Shown here: piece after piece, positions 11,701-21,640 of the stretch
Layout: each line of letters begins with the position of its first letter
How positions within the stretch are numbered: position 1 is the stretch's first letter
The notes under the pieces: generated by a model
Told to the model about the DNA's origin: nothing
Databases searched by the model: none
Seen by the model: only the letters and a program-made list of their open reading frames with translations
Assembly: GCF_030384885.1 (NCBI RefSeq)
Contig: NZ_CP128613.1
Length of the DNA: 64,000 nt
Direction: 5' to 3' (one strand)
Origin: Escherichia coli
GTDB taxonomy: Bacteria; Pseudomonadota; Gammaproteobacteria; Enterobacterales; Enterobacteriaceae
Translations under genes and position numbers: made by a program

Positions 11701-11793
11701 CGTTTTGCTCGCAAACTCGTCACTTGAACAAAATTGCACGGACAGGGACTGTTAAAATGCCAAATTTCCTGGCATCATGGCAACCATCTGAAC

Positions 11794-11883
11794 GGAGAGA
11801 TGCCGGAGCGGCTGAACGGACCGGTCTCGAAAACCGGAGTAGGGGCAACTCTACCGGGGGTTCAAATCCCCCTCTCTCCGCCA
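11794..11883 (+). tRNA. serU: tRNA-Ser
   Basis: 90 nt GGAGAGATGCCGGAGCGGCTGAACGGACCGGTCTCGAAAACCGG...CTCTCCGCCA, long variable arm typical of tRNA-Ser. Confidence 0.9.
11870..11883. repeat. attL core: serU 3' end (CCCTCTCTCCGCCA)
   Basis: 14 bp identical to the copy at 34279-34292. Confidence 0.6.
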
Positions 11884-12161
11884 ATCATTCAACAAAATCA
11901 ATCACTTACAAAGCGTTTTTGATTTTGTCATGCATAAATCCCTGCATTAAAATTCCTTTCGCTCGCTCGATTTTTCTTACTACTGATGCTGTTTTTTACC
12001 ATTTTGCTGCGCGTCGGGCATCCACTTTTATGCTCTCGAGTTCACACTCTTAACAACAACTTAGCCATTCCCCCGTTTCTAATGACAAAACAGTTGAACT
12101 TCAATTGTTCCAAACGGATCCTGTGAAGATATATCAAAGGAAATGGATTGTTGGAGGATGG

Positions 12162-13007
12162 ATGAAAAGAAGTGAAATCAGGAAAGCACTGGAAGCATGG
12201 TTTGATGTAGAACGCTATGAGGCGATAGAGAAACTCACCTTACAGCAGTTTTATGTTGAGGTTGAGCGGCGCATCTTGGCTTACAGAATGTTGTTGAGCC
12301 GGAAAACCATACCTACCTTTAACCGATTAATGCTGGATGATTACCGCAACAAGATCCTCAGCGGTGAAATCTTTTTCAGTGGTGATACTGCCACCATTGG
12401 ACATGAGCTTGCCAGAACCTATGCGGTAAACCCTACGACACGAAGCCATGCGCAATTTTATGCGAAAACCCTGTCATTAACCGAAGCCACGCCTGAACTC
12501 TCTGGGTTAAGCCAGTCTGAATTTCTGTCCGAGTATCTGAAAGAGACATCCCTTAATAATCTTTCACGCATTACTGTCGATATTCATCTGGAAGAAGCAT
12601 CAACCGAAGAGATCATTGAACATCTGAAAGTGCTGCTCCCCCAATGGAAGAGACAGCTCAAGATGAAGTCTCCAGCTCCAAGAGAGTATCGTTTTGGTAA
12701 AAGCACATTCAGAAAAATCATTGAATATCGTCTTATCCCGATGATGGACCTGATCTTCTGGGGAGAAGATAATGGCATTAAAATCCCGCTTTCACTGATT
12801 TCTTCGTTGCTTCACGAGGACAGTGACAACGATCGTGATGAAGGAATGCTCAAGGCTACAGATTACCCGTTAGCAATGGCTTTTCTGACTGACGCGAGCT
12901 ATCTGAAATCGCTTGAAGATTACATGATGGAAAACAACCACTTGAGAGACTCCCCGGTTGAAAAGCATGTAGAAGACGACAGGAATAAGAAAAAAGAAGC
13001 CAAGTAA
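12162..13007 (+). CDS. Hypothetical protein (island-borne)
   Basis: ORF 12105..13007; ATG at 12162 (MKRSEIRKALEAWFD...); no recognisable motif. Confidence 0.4.
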   Translation: MKRSEIRKALEAWFDVERYEAIEKLTLQQFYVEVERRILAYRMLLSRKTIPTFNRLMLDDYRNKILSGEIFFSGDTATIGHELARTYAVNPTTRSHAQFYAKTLSLTEATPELSGLSQSEFLSEYLKETSLNNLSRITVDIHLEEASTEEIIEHLKVLLPQWKRQLKMKSPAPREYRFGKSTFRKIIEYRLIPMMDLIFWGEDNGIKIPLSLISSLLHEDSDNDRDEGMLKATDYPLAMAFLTDASYLKSLEDYMMENNHLRDSPVEKHVEDDRNKKKEAK

Positions 13008-13213
13008 AAAGGGTTACGTTCGCTCCGTGCGAACGTGATCGCATCCAGTGTTAACCGTTATCTTTCCATTCGCTTCCCTTCGACATTTTCAAAAAAAACT
13101 TCTTTGAACGTCCCTAAATTGTCATAAGCAAAATCGCTATCATTGTTCACGTCGAAACAACATAGAGAAAACAAAATCTCATAGAGATTACTTACAATAA
13201 TAGAGGACAGACA

Positions 13214-13432
13214 ATGAAAGAAAATATTGAAACCAGCGTAAAACGATTTATCCGCGTTCCTGATGTTTTAAATCGGGTGGGATTCAGTCGCACGACCTTA
13301 TATGAGCGTATTAAGGAAGGAAACTTTCCAGACAGAGTAAAAATAGGTCCGAGGTGTGTCGCTTTTGTTGAAAGTGAGATTGATGAATGGATTGAAGCAA
13401 CTATTCGGAACTCACGCCAGAACGCTGCATAA
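13214..13432 (+). CDS. alpA: AlpA-family phage/island transcriptional regulator
   Basis: 72 aa with MerR-like HTH (RFIRVPDVLNRVGFSRTTLYERIKEGNFP), typical of P4/CP4-57-type elements. Confidence 0.75.
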   Translation: MKENIETSVKRFIRVPDVLNRVGFSRTTLYERIKEGNFPDRVKIGPRCVAFVESEIDEWIEATIRNSRQNAA

Positions 13433-13513
13433 AAACAGAAACAAGATCTCGTGTCGAACAGGTAACTGTTAGCACAGGGCATCTTTTTACCCTTAACAAT
13501 AATGGAGAAGATT

Positions 13514-13804
13514 ATGAAGATTGAACTTATTACGACAAAACAGTTTATTGAACAAGCCGAATGTTATTTCAGGAACTATATGGACGGATTGCGGAGGAAT
13601 GCACCAGATGATTTTTATTATTTTCTCAACAATAAATACAATATGAATGACATTATGGAAAGTATCATTAAAAAAACACGGTATCATTTTTATGATGACA
13701 CCGAAGAAGGCAAAAGGAATCGGATTTATGGAGAAGTAAGCCACAGTAAGGTAAAGCAACACCTTCATCAGCTTTGGATTGTCTATAAGTGTGTATATCG
13801 CTAA
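13514..13804 (+). CDS. Hypothetical protein
   Basis: ORF in same orientation downstream of alpA; no recognisable motif. Confidence 0.3.
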   Translation: MKIELITTKQFIEQAECYFRNYMDGLRRNAPDDFYYFLNNKYNMNDIMESIIKKTRYHFYDDTEEGKRNRIYGEVSHSKVKQHLHQLWIVYKCVYR

Positions 13805-13847
13805 TACTACAGCATTTTATTTTAATATTAACCAAAAGGAAAAGCCA

Positions 13848-14144
13848 ATGAATACATTTAAAAATAAAAATACTGAAATCTTTTATGTTGTGTCCTTGCA
13901 TATCTACGCAGAGCTTTTTAACTCAAAGGATAAAACGACCAGTAATATGATTATAACGCATGTAATGGATTATGAGTTTGTCTGTAGGCTAATCGATCTG
14001 GCGATGAGGAATGCTGAGAAGCATCTTCTGAAAAAAGCATGGAAAAAAAACGCTGCTGAAAAACTGTCTGAGGTGGATTTTAAAGGGGTTAAGCAGGCAT
14101 TAGCCAAAATGCATTATACGGTTCTGGCGGAATCAATATGTTGA
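13848..14144 (+). CDS. Hypothetical protein
   Basis: ORF 13779..14144 with internal ATG 13848 after RBS-like aaggaaaag. Confidence 0.3.
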   Translation: MNTFKNKNTEIFYVVSLHIYAELFNSKDKTTSNMIITHVMDYEFVCRLIDLAMRNAEKHLLKKAWKKNAAEKLSEVDFKGVKQALAKMHYTVLAESIC

Positions 14145-14216
14145 TATGTTCTGACGTCTATCAGCCCCTTCTTGGGGCTGATAATAAATCTTATTTATCT
14201 ATCCAAGGAGCAAAAA

Positions 14217-14459
14217 ATGATTGATGAATTTCATGTGATGTATATGTATAAAAAAATCCAAGCAGAAGCCGCAACCACTGACATCAAAACACTTGAACAG
14301 CTTTTGAAAAAGTTCAGGAGCGTGGTTAACGAACGTCGTGAAGAATACTATCAGGAGATTGGTGAGAAAAAAGCGCGTAAGTTGAAAATGAAAAGAGCAC
14401 AAAGATTACTTGAGAAAATGGTATGTGACCGGGTTTCGCCAGAAGATCTCATTGACTGA
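14217..14459 (+). CDS. Hypothetical small protein
   Basis: ATG at 14217 preceded by aaggag RBS; charged, helical-looking 80 aa. Confidence 0.35.
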   Translation: MIDEFHVMYMYKKIQAEAATTDIKTLEQLLKKFRSVVNERREEYYQEIGEKKARKLKMKRAQRLLEKMVCDRVSPEDLID

Positions 14460-14831
14460 TAAGTGTTCAACCAAAATTTTTTAGAATGTAGTATTACGAC
14501 CAATCGCAATAACATGTGGCATTTATGTATTCAGAAATCTGCTGATATGGAGGTCAACAGTTGTCTCGTGCATCTGCAACCCCCGTGGGATAATGGTGGG
14601 TGTTAACATCTGATTATCAAGAGAATGAGCATTCCCGAAGAAAACATAGAGTCTTTAAACGCGGTTTCGTTTGGTCATTGATGAAGATCTTCACGGGTAT
14701 GGCAGCCTATTTGTTTGTGAAAGAAAACATTATTTTTCAAATGGTTAGTGTAAATGATGATAACACGTCATGTGATCATAACTTATTGATCTTCTAGTTT
14801 TTTTGTGCATAATCCATAATATGAGTACTTA

Positions 14832-16682
14832 GTGGAACTTATGATGGATTTTTTATATCAGGAATTAGCAAAAGCAGGGATAGCACTTTCTGTCAAAGAG
14901 CTTTTCACTCGCGTGGTATCTGCATGGGATAAAAAAAATTTAAGTGGGAAGCAACTTGTTAGAGAGTTGACTGGTTCAGAGGTATATCTGAACTATCTTG
15001 AGAAACATGTAGCAAGAGTGGTCCGACTAAGAACGATCCATAGTGCTGATTATGATATTCTGCTGACTAATTTATATCATCCATTAGGTATCACATCTTT
15101 ATCTCCCGGTGCAACTGAACATAAAGTCAATGACGGCTTCTATATAGAAAATCAACATATTACTAATATCATAGGAATAGCAGGGCAAGGGAAAAGTACT
15201 ATTTTAAGAAAACTGTTCATAGAACAAATAAAGAATGGAACAAAAATACCATTTTTTATTGAATTACGTAGAACTGGAAATGATGGGATCATTAAATCTC
15301 TTGAAAATACATTAATCAATCTTGGATTATACCCGACGTCCCAAGCAATTGATGAATTGTTATTTAGTAATAAAATATCTTTAATGTTAGATGGATTTGA
15401 TGAGGTCAACTCAAAGCAAAAAGATATTTTACTAAGTGAGATATTGATGCTAAACGTAAAATATGCATTGCAAGTAATAGTTACGTCGAGACCGGGTACA
15501 ACTGTTTGCAATGAACCATCAATTGTTAATTATAAAGTCGAAAAACTTAAAGAAAAAGACATACTGGCAATTATAGAAAAACTCAATACTAACAATGGAG
15601 TTATAGACAAAGAACAATTGCCGAAAATAAAAGATACAATTAAAAATAACAAAAATCTTGTTTCTGTGATGACTTCACCTATTCTGGTAACGCTTTTTCA
15701 TGTCTGTTATCCATTCATGGATATTATCCCCAATAATACAGTAGAATTTTATTCAAATCTGTTTATGACATTATATCTTCGACATGACAAAGTTAAAAAC
15801 TTTGACCGCGAAAAATCTTCCTCTTTAAGTCATAATGAAGCATATGACTGTTTCTGTACATTATGTTTTTACTCAATTTATACGAATAATCATGAATTTA
15901 CAGAGCAGTCACTAAATGAATATACAGAAAAATCAATGAAGTTAAAGGGACGGTTTGGTGAATGCAAAGCGGAGTCATTAGCTCAGGATTTTATTAATGT
16001 AACTTGTTTAATTCAGCGAGAAGGCTTTAATAAATATATCTTTATTCATAAATCGATTCAAGAGTATCATGCAGCAGAATTTATAAAAAATATATCATCA
16101 GATCAGAAAAATAAATTTTATAGTTTTCTTGTTGAAGATATTAAAAAAAATGAATTACGATTTTCTAATGTTATAGTATTCCTTAAAGAAATAGATGTCA
16201 TAGATTGTGCTAAATTCTTAATTATTCCACTGTGCGAATATTTTGGCGTTTCAAAATGGAATGCTTTGACCCCATTGGAATACAAGGATTTATTACGTAC
16301 ATTTTTCTCCGATACCTACATTCATTTATTTAATGACATTAATGATAAAGATATAATGGGGTTCAGTTCATTATCAGGGGTTAGTGGCTGGATGCAATTA
16401 TTAGATATCAGCGGCAATAATGATTTATATACGCCTGTGTTTGAAGTGTTAATAGATGAATCATTGTCAAGTGCGAATTTTAAAGATGTTGTAACCAGTC
16501 AAGATCGGCAAATGGTAAAAGTTTCATTTATGAAGGCAATAATACAATTAGGGATTGAAGACAAAATAGTTGAAGTGTTTATCAAAAATATTAAGAAAAT
16601 ACATAACGAAGTATATTGTGAAGCCATTAATAAAGTAAATAACGAGGATGTTAGTATTAAGGAGTTCTTTGATCTGATTTAA
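14832..16682 (+). CDS. NACHT-family STAND NTPase (bacterial NLR-like), short form
   Basis: Walker A GIAGQGKST, Walker B LMLDGFDEV, sensor-1 VIVTSRP; about 115 aa N-terminal and about 300 aa C-terminal regions unassigned. Confidence 0.7.
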   Translation: MELMMDFLYQELAKAGIALSVKELFTRVVSAWDKKNLSGKQLVRELTGSEVYLNYLEKHVARVVRLRTIHSADYDILLTNLYHPLGITSLSPGATEHKVNDGFYIENQHITNIIGIAGQGKSTILRKLFIEQIKNGTKIPFFIELRRTGNDGIIKSLENTLINLGLYPTSQAIDELLFSNKISLMLDGFDEVNSKQKDILLSEILMLNVKYALQVIVTSRPGTTVCNEPSIVNYKVEKLKEKDILAIIEKLNTNNGVIDKEQLPKIKDTIKNNKNLVSVMTSPILVTLFHVCYPFMDIIPNNTVEFYSNLFMTLYLRHDKVKNFDREKSSSLSHNEAYDCFCTLCFYSIYTNNHEFTEQSLNEYTEKSMKLKGRFGECKAESLAQDFINVTCLIQREGFNKYIFIHKSIQEYHAAEFIKNISSDQKNKFYSFLVEDIKKNELRFSNVIVFLKEIDVIDCAKFLIIPLCEYFGVSKWNALTPLEYKDLLRTFFSDTYIHLFNDINDKDIMGFSSLSGVSGWMQLLDISGNNDLYTPVFEVLIDESLSSANFKDVVTSQDRQMVKVSFMKAIIQLGIEDKIVEVFIKNIKKIHNEVYCEAINKVNNEDVSIKEFFDLI

Positions 16683-16893
16683 TATTTGAAATATGTTTTA
16701 ATTAAGTTGATCTGTTTTTATCTGGTTAACTATACAGAAATATCAAGGCACTATTACTTGGCAACAACCCATATAAAAAGGTATGTCCGTAATAAGATTT
16801 GAAAGAGTATTAATAGATTAATATGTATAATATTATTTTGTAACGAGGCTGACATAGTGAGAACAGGCAACCTCGGATCGTATACATAAAATT

Positions 16894-17298
16894 TTAGATG
16901 GCAAAGTCTTCCAGTGTCTTACCAGCTTCGATAGCAGCAGCGATTGCTTTAGGAGTACGGCCCTGACCCGTCCAAGTCTGCTCATTACCGTTTTCATCTG
17001 TATATTTGTATTTAGCAGGACGAGGAGCACGAGTTGATTTGGTTTTAGGCTGGGATGAACCAACTGAAGCGAGTAGTTCTGTAGGATCGATACCGTCTTC
17101 TAATAATTTCTGGCGGAAGGCTTCAAGTTTAGCCTGACGTTCTTCTTGTTCTTTACGGGCTGAATTTTCTTCCTCACGGCGATCTTCAACGATTGTGGTG
17201 AGTTTTTCCAGCATCTCTTCCAGAGTTGCCAGATCTGTTTCACGAGCCTGTGCGCGAAGTGTACGAATATTGTTCAGTGCCTTAAGAGCTTCACTCAT
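16894..17298 (-). CDS. hfp: H-NS family nucleoid-associated protein (Hfp/H-NS paralogue)
   Basis: C-terminal DNA-binding motif [10 protein letters not shown] and H-NS-like coiled-coil N-terminus; 134 aa. Confidence 0.8.
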   Translation of the reverse strand: MSEALKALNNIRTLRAQARETDLATLEEMLEKLTTIVEDRREEENSARKEQEERQAKLEAFRQKLLEDGIDPTELLASVGSSQPKTKSTRAPRPAKYKYTDENGNEQTWTGQGRTPKAIAAAIEAGKTLEDFAI

Positions 17299-17454
17299 AG
17301 TATGTCATCCGGTGTTTTAAAATGGGCGATTAATAAAAATAATGCTTACGGTGCTGTTGGAAAAGTCAAAAAAACAGTCAGTAAATAATATAGTAAACAT
17401 TATCGTTTAAGCAATCTAATACATCTCATTTCACACGAATAGCATAGGGTCGTT

Positions 17455-17934
17455 TTACAGAGATATTTTCCTGCGCTTGTGGCTTGATGGTTCAAACTCT
17501 GACGAGATACGAGATAGTTGCTCAAGACTCTGTTCAATTGAACGCTGGAACTCCATAGCGGCTTCTGTACGCTGTTTTATGACCAAGGCAACTATTTCTT
17601 CATCAGTCTTTTCTGAAATAGCCTTACGGTATAACACGCGTTCGTTAAATAAATCGAGATTACCAGTTGATCTCGCTGATGTGTTAGCTTTTGAACTGCT
17701 GATAGGATTTAACTCGTCAATAAAGTATTCAATAAGAGATCCTCTCTTTTTTTCAAGTCTGCGAAGTTCGGTATGTGCAGACTTAAATTTTTGAGCCTTA
17801 ACCAATGGAATGTCATCGGAACGCAGTTTGCGATATTCATTTCTGTATTCTTCTATAGAAATATGATTTTTTAGTTCTTTGACTGTATTTACGTATTCGA
17901 TTAAATCACTGTTGTCTGTTTTTACTTTTCTCAT
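17455..17934 (-). CDS. Hypothetical coiled-coil protein
   Basis: 159 aa ORF upstream of hfp on the same strand. Confidence 0.4.
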   Translation of the reverse strand: MRKVKTDNSDLIEYVNTVKELKNHISIEEYRNEYRKLRSDDIPLVKAQKFKSAHTELRRLEKKRGSLIEYFIDELNPISSSKANTSARSTGNLDLFNERVLYRKAISEKTDEEIVALVIKQRTEAAMEFQRSIEQSLEQLSRISSEFEPSSHKRRKISL

Positions 17935-17997
17935 AAGAATACCTCGTTAATAAATGATGGATATATTTATATTACGAGATATGGTGTTAGTGTCAAA

Positions 17998-18045
17998 TTA
18001 GCTCTTTAGCTCTTTAGCTCTTTAGCTCTTTAGCTCTTTAGCTCT
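17998..18045. repeat. Perfect octanucleotide tandem repeat (TTAGCTCT)x6
   Basis: Six exact copies counted directly, 64-111 bp upstream of the 17934 start codon. Confidence 0.95.
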
Positions 18046-18126
18046 GTTTCTCTCTTGGTAAGAAAATCCCTTTAGTGTAATAGGAGGTTATTACGGAGAT
18101 ATTTTTGCCTGTTTTTCCGCTGGTAA

Positions 18127-18684
18127 TTAATTTTTGTTATTCACTGTTTTCTTTTTGTCCTTCAAGTAATAAGTTTTCATGAAAGTTAAACGATCACCAT
18201 TAAACATATAGTCTGGATTAATAAAATAATAGTTCTGTATCATGGTCTCAGCAATAAATTTCTTGTCAGCAAGTTCTTTCATCCCTTTGAAATATGTCGT
18301 TCTTGATATTTTTACAATCTCTTGATCAACAATATCGAATGACATTAATATCGTATCTGTATCTTTATTGTCTCTAATAGCAAGATACAGTATCTTAAAT
18401 ACTTTCTTACCTGATGAGGATAAACCCTCAATAGCTGATACGCCATCCACATAAAGCTTCACGAACTGTGTCTTGTCTACTTCCATTGACTGAAAGAAAC
18501 CACCATGCCCAACCTGTTCTCCTGTATTTTCATTTACTACGGCTAAGCGGTCTTTTCCTGTTGTGATACGTCTGATACCTGTTTTTGTATGTATATTTGT
18601 ATCATTAAGGAATGGGTTTTTTACATGGCGAGGTAGACCTCTTCTTGATTTCTTTACTTCCGTTTGTATCTTATTTTCTATCAT
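18127..18684 (-). CDS. Hypothetical protein
   Basis: 185 aa ORF, basic N-terminus; no motif recognised. Confidence 0.4.
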   Translation of the reverse strand: MIENKIQTEVKKSRRGLPRHVKNPFLNDTNIHTKTGIRRITTGKDRLAVVNENTGEQVGHGGFFQSMEVDKTQFVKLYVDGVSAIEGLSSSGKKVFKILYLAIRDNKDTDTILMSFDIVDQEIVKISRTTYFKGMKELADKKFIAETMIQNYYFINPDYMFNGDRLTFMKTYYLKDKKKTVNNKN

Positions 18685-19096
18685 GGTACTTACTCCTTTA
18701 TTTTTTTAGTTATACATTTAAGTAAATACTATATTTTGCGTGCAAGTCAATACTTAAAGTTTATATTTTTTAAAATAACTAACACTTGATGTTTTTACGT
18801 ATAAAACTTGTAGTGCTACAGAATATATACAAATAACACTTTATTATTTTTATTTGAGAATAGTTATCAACTTAAGTACCGGGATTCGGGACTTTAACTC
18901 CCGAGAGTGCGTACTTTGTTTTAAGCTATAGCTGGCTTGAGAGCAGTTTTCTTCTTCATTATTCAAATAGCGAAGCTTTGGATGACATTTTAAAGAATAT
19001 AATATTGGAAATAGTTCTTCTTTTTAGTTGATTGGTGCCTTATCAAAATGGCACCAGTGGTGTTATCTGTGTTATTTTTCCTACTATGTTATTACA

Positions 19097-19276
19097 GCGA
19101 AGTGATTGTTGTATACAATCACGAACCGCTGCTACTATCGGGACTGCTTGATTAATTTTACTTTAACTTTATATGCGTCTACGACGCGATCTTTTTTGGA
19201 TAAATCCAATATTAACAGGGGCAAGCCCTGTTCAGCAGAGTGATTGTTCGCAACAATCACGAAGTGCTGCTATCAA
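19097..19276. promoter_or_regulatory. Pair of related ~40 bp elements, each containing a 21 bp palindrome (GTGATTGTTnnnAACAATCAC), with intervening hairpins
   Basis: Palindromes at 19102-19122 and 19240-19260 followed by the conserved tail GAA(C/G)(C/T)GCTGCTA; hairpin plus T-run 19171-19195; hairpin 19216-19230. Confidence 0.5.
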
Positions 19277-19602
19277 GGATATAGTTTTCCTATACGTTTA
19301 AGAGCAAATGCTATATGTCTAAAGGGAAAAACTATGTTTAAACATAGGATCTAAATTCAGCATCATGAGGAAAAGAGATCAAACAATGATCGAGTACTTT
19401 TCTTTTTATTTAAAAAACAGGAGATGAATAAAATAAAAATATCAGCGTCAGGGCGTAGCCGTGCGTAAGCACAGAGATAAAGATCTTTTCAATAAGAAGT
19501 TTAATAATCAGTAGTGAAATCATAAATAAAATAAAAATATATTTGATTTTTACGCCTGCGATAGAGTATTAAACAGTAATAAAATAATAAAAGGAAAATA
19601 TA

Positions 19603-19872
19603 ATGAACAATACCAAAATGATCACTCTCTTCCATCCACATGACAAAACACCATTTATAATCTGTATTGTAAACAAAGTAGAAGATACAGACCACGGATT
19701 GAAATTAACCCTTGAAAACGGCAACAATATTTGTGTCAATAATTATAGTCATTATCTGTTATCAGAGTCTGTAAGTCGTTGCGATAAACACAGGTTAAAA
19801 AATATTTATATTCGCTTGGTTTCAGAACTCACGCAGATGAGTGAAAAAACTATAAATTCGCAAATGTTATAA
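19603..19872 (+). CDS. Hypothetical protein
   Basis: 89 aa ORF after a long AT-rich non-coding region. Confidence 0.3.
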   Translation: MNNTKMITLFHPHDKTPFIICIVNKVEDTDHGLKLTLENGNNICVNNYSHYLLSESVSRCDKHRLKNIYIRLVSELTQMSEKTINSQML

Positions 19873-19950
19873 AATATCTATAAAGACATAATAAATATTT
19901 TTGATATTATGATTAGTTGCATGGTATTAAATAAAAACAGGAAAAATATC

Positions 19951-20355
19951 ATGCTAAAAATAAAAACAAAGATCTATATACCTACAACTTTAACAGGAAA
20001 CATGGATAAACACTATATCCCTGTTTTAGAGGATTTAAGAAAAGCGATATACAGCGACAGAATGTTATCAAGGCTTGCAGATAGCGGCAATATTGTTATC
20101 CATAGTTCAGTTGGGTATCCGGTTGCTAAATACAAAAATACGGGTATTAGCATAGGTATAGAACCATTGAATCCAATGATAAGACAAAATCTGACTCTTG
20201 GATATATTATGGTTGTCAGAAACGGAAAAGCATCACAGGAGATTAATGGTTTACTTAACAGGTCATTGCCAAAAGCAATAAGCACTTTTAAGGATCACAT
20301 CAATGAATATGAAGCAGTAAAAAGTAAAATGCGACAACAAACTATGATCTGGTAA
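19951..20355 (+). CDS. Hypothetical protein
   Basis: ATG 19951 preceded by agga RBS; 134 aa. Confidence 0.35.
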   Translation: MLKIKTKIYIPTTLTGNMDKHYIPVLEDLRKAIYSDRMLSRLADSGNIVIHSSVGYPVAKYKNTGISIGIEPLNPMIRQNLTLGYIMVVRNGKASQEINGLLNRSLPKAISTFKDHINEYEAVKSKMRQQTMIW

Positions 20356-20469
20356 AATATTTAGTCTGATAACTACAGGAGAAGGATGAGCAATGGAAGG
20401 TAAGTTAATTTTTGTTCCGATGCAATACTACGGTTTCAATCCAATTACGATGAAACCGCTGCCGTTCCA

Positions 20470-21432
20470 TTGCTATCCATCCAGAACGTCATAGCCAATA
20501 CCGATCCGTTCTTTCTTCTCCGGTTCTTCCACCATACCGTTCTGATTGAAGAAGGAACAACGCTGGCAAGTATCTTTCTGGCAATAGAACCATGGAAGGC
20601 TTTGTTAGCAGCTTATCTGGACAGAGATGTTGGTGCTTATATAGATGAGGTAAGAAAACCGTCCGGGCCAACGGCATGGGATATTGAATGGATCGGAATT
20701 GACCGTCGAAGTTCGGTTTATCGCGCTTACAAGCGTCAGGATATGGAAGAAGGGGAGGATTTTTCGACCTATTTTAATCGCGAGCGCTTCCCGACTGATG
20801 AGCTTGACATAGAAAGTAGCTGTGATGCTTCCGGCTTTATCAAAGGAGATAAAGAACGCTGGAGTATCAGCGGCGATATTCAACAAATTAAAAATCTTCC
20901 TGTAATCCTCTATAGCAAACAGACATTAATGACTTCACCGAAAGACGGTTTGCTGAAGAAAAACGTATCGGGTGTGAAGAGTTCCAAGCACAGTTGCTTT
21001 GTTTATGGCGATACCTCGTTTTCTTTTAGAGAGGTTATGGAAGCCATCTTCATTAGTAGGCTGTTCTTCTATGCACCAAAAGACGCAGCCAGCAGCCTTG
21101 ATGAGCTGAAAGCGAGTCTGGCTGAACTGGAAGAAGAACGTGCTGAAAGCACAAATACGGAGTCGATCGGCAATGAAACAGGTGAAGAACCTACCATCGT
21201 CGTAGCCGACGGTGCTTTTGATTCGCTCGCTGCTCACATGGAGTCTGAAAAGCGGAGTGGCAATCCATTAAGAAGTTGTGCCAGCAGGAAGGAGGGCTGC
21301 CCATACGTATTGGCAACATCAAAATGGCTGAGCCTCCAGCGTTATAGCTATTTTAAGAAAAGAAATGATGTAAATATGCATCTGGTTTTTCTTTATAATG
21401 TAAGGATGTCCGATGAAACATCAGCATCGTGA
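20470..21432 (+). CDS. Hypothetical protein (non-ATG start, higher GC than neighbours)
   Basis: 320 aa ORF beginning at TTG; acidic helical segment (DELKASLAELEEERAE); start uncertain. Confidence 0.3.
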   Translation: MLSIQNVIANTDPFFLLRFFHHTVLIEEGTTLASIFLAIEPWKALLAAYLDRDVGAYIDEVRKPSGPTAWDIEWIGIDRRSSVYRAYKRQDMEEGEDFSTYFNRERFPTDELDIESSCDASGFIKGDKERWSISGDIQQIKNLPVILYSKQTLMTSPKDGLLKKNVSGVKSSKHSCFVYGDTSFSFREVMEAIFISRLFFYAPKDAASSLDELKASLAELEEERAESTNTESIGNETGEEPTIVVADGAFDSLAAHMESEKRSGNPLRSCASRKEGCPYVLATSKWLSLQRYSYFKKRNDVNMHLVFLYNVRMSDETSAS

Positions 21433-21640
21433 ATGTTATCTGGTTAATAATTTTCTTATGTAATATTATCTATGCCATCTGGCTATGTTTTCAATTGTTT
21501 TAGTTCTCGACAACTGTTTTTATATCCAGTATGATTTTACTCGTATCCGGCAGAATATTTTTAGATGCTGTTTCATGAACTCCGGTTGAAAGGTTTATTC
21601 TCTACTTTTGGGAATAATAGTTAAAATGGAGATAAGTGTA

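Noticed and set aside
17998-18045. Possible CRISPR array
   Set aside because: Only an 8 bp unit repeated contiguously with no spacers and no cas genes; it is a microsatellite
18685-19602. Retron (msr/msd ncRNA with reverse transcriptase)
   Set aside because: No reverse-transcriptase ORF anywhere in the island; the repeats are direct copies of a palindrome rather than a1/a2 flanking inverted repeats
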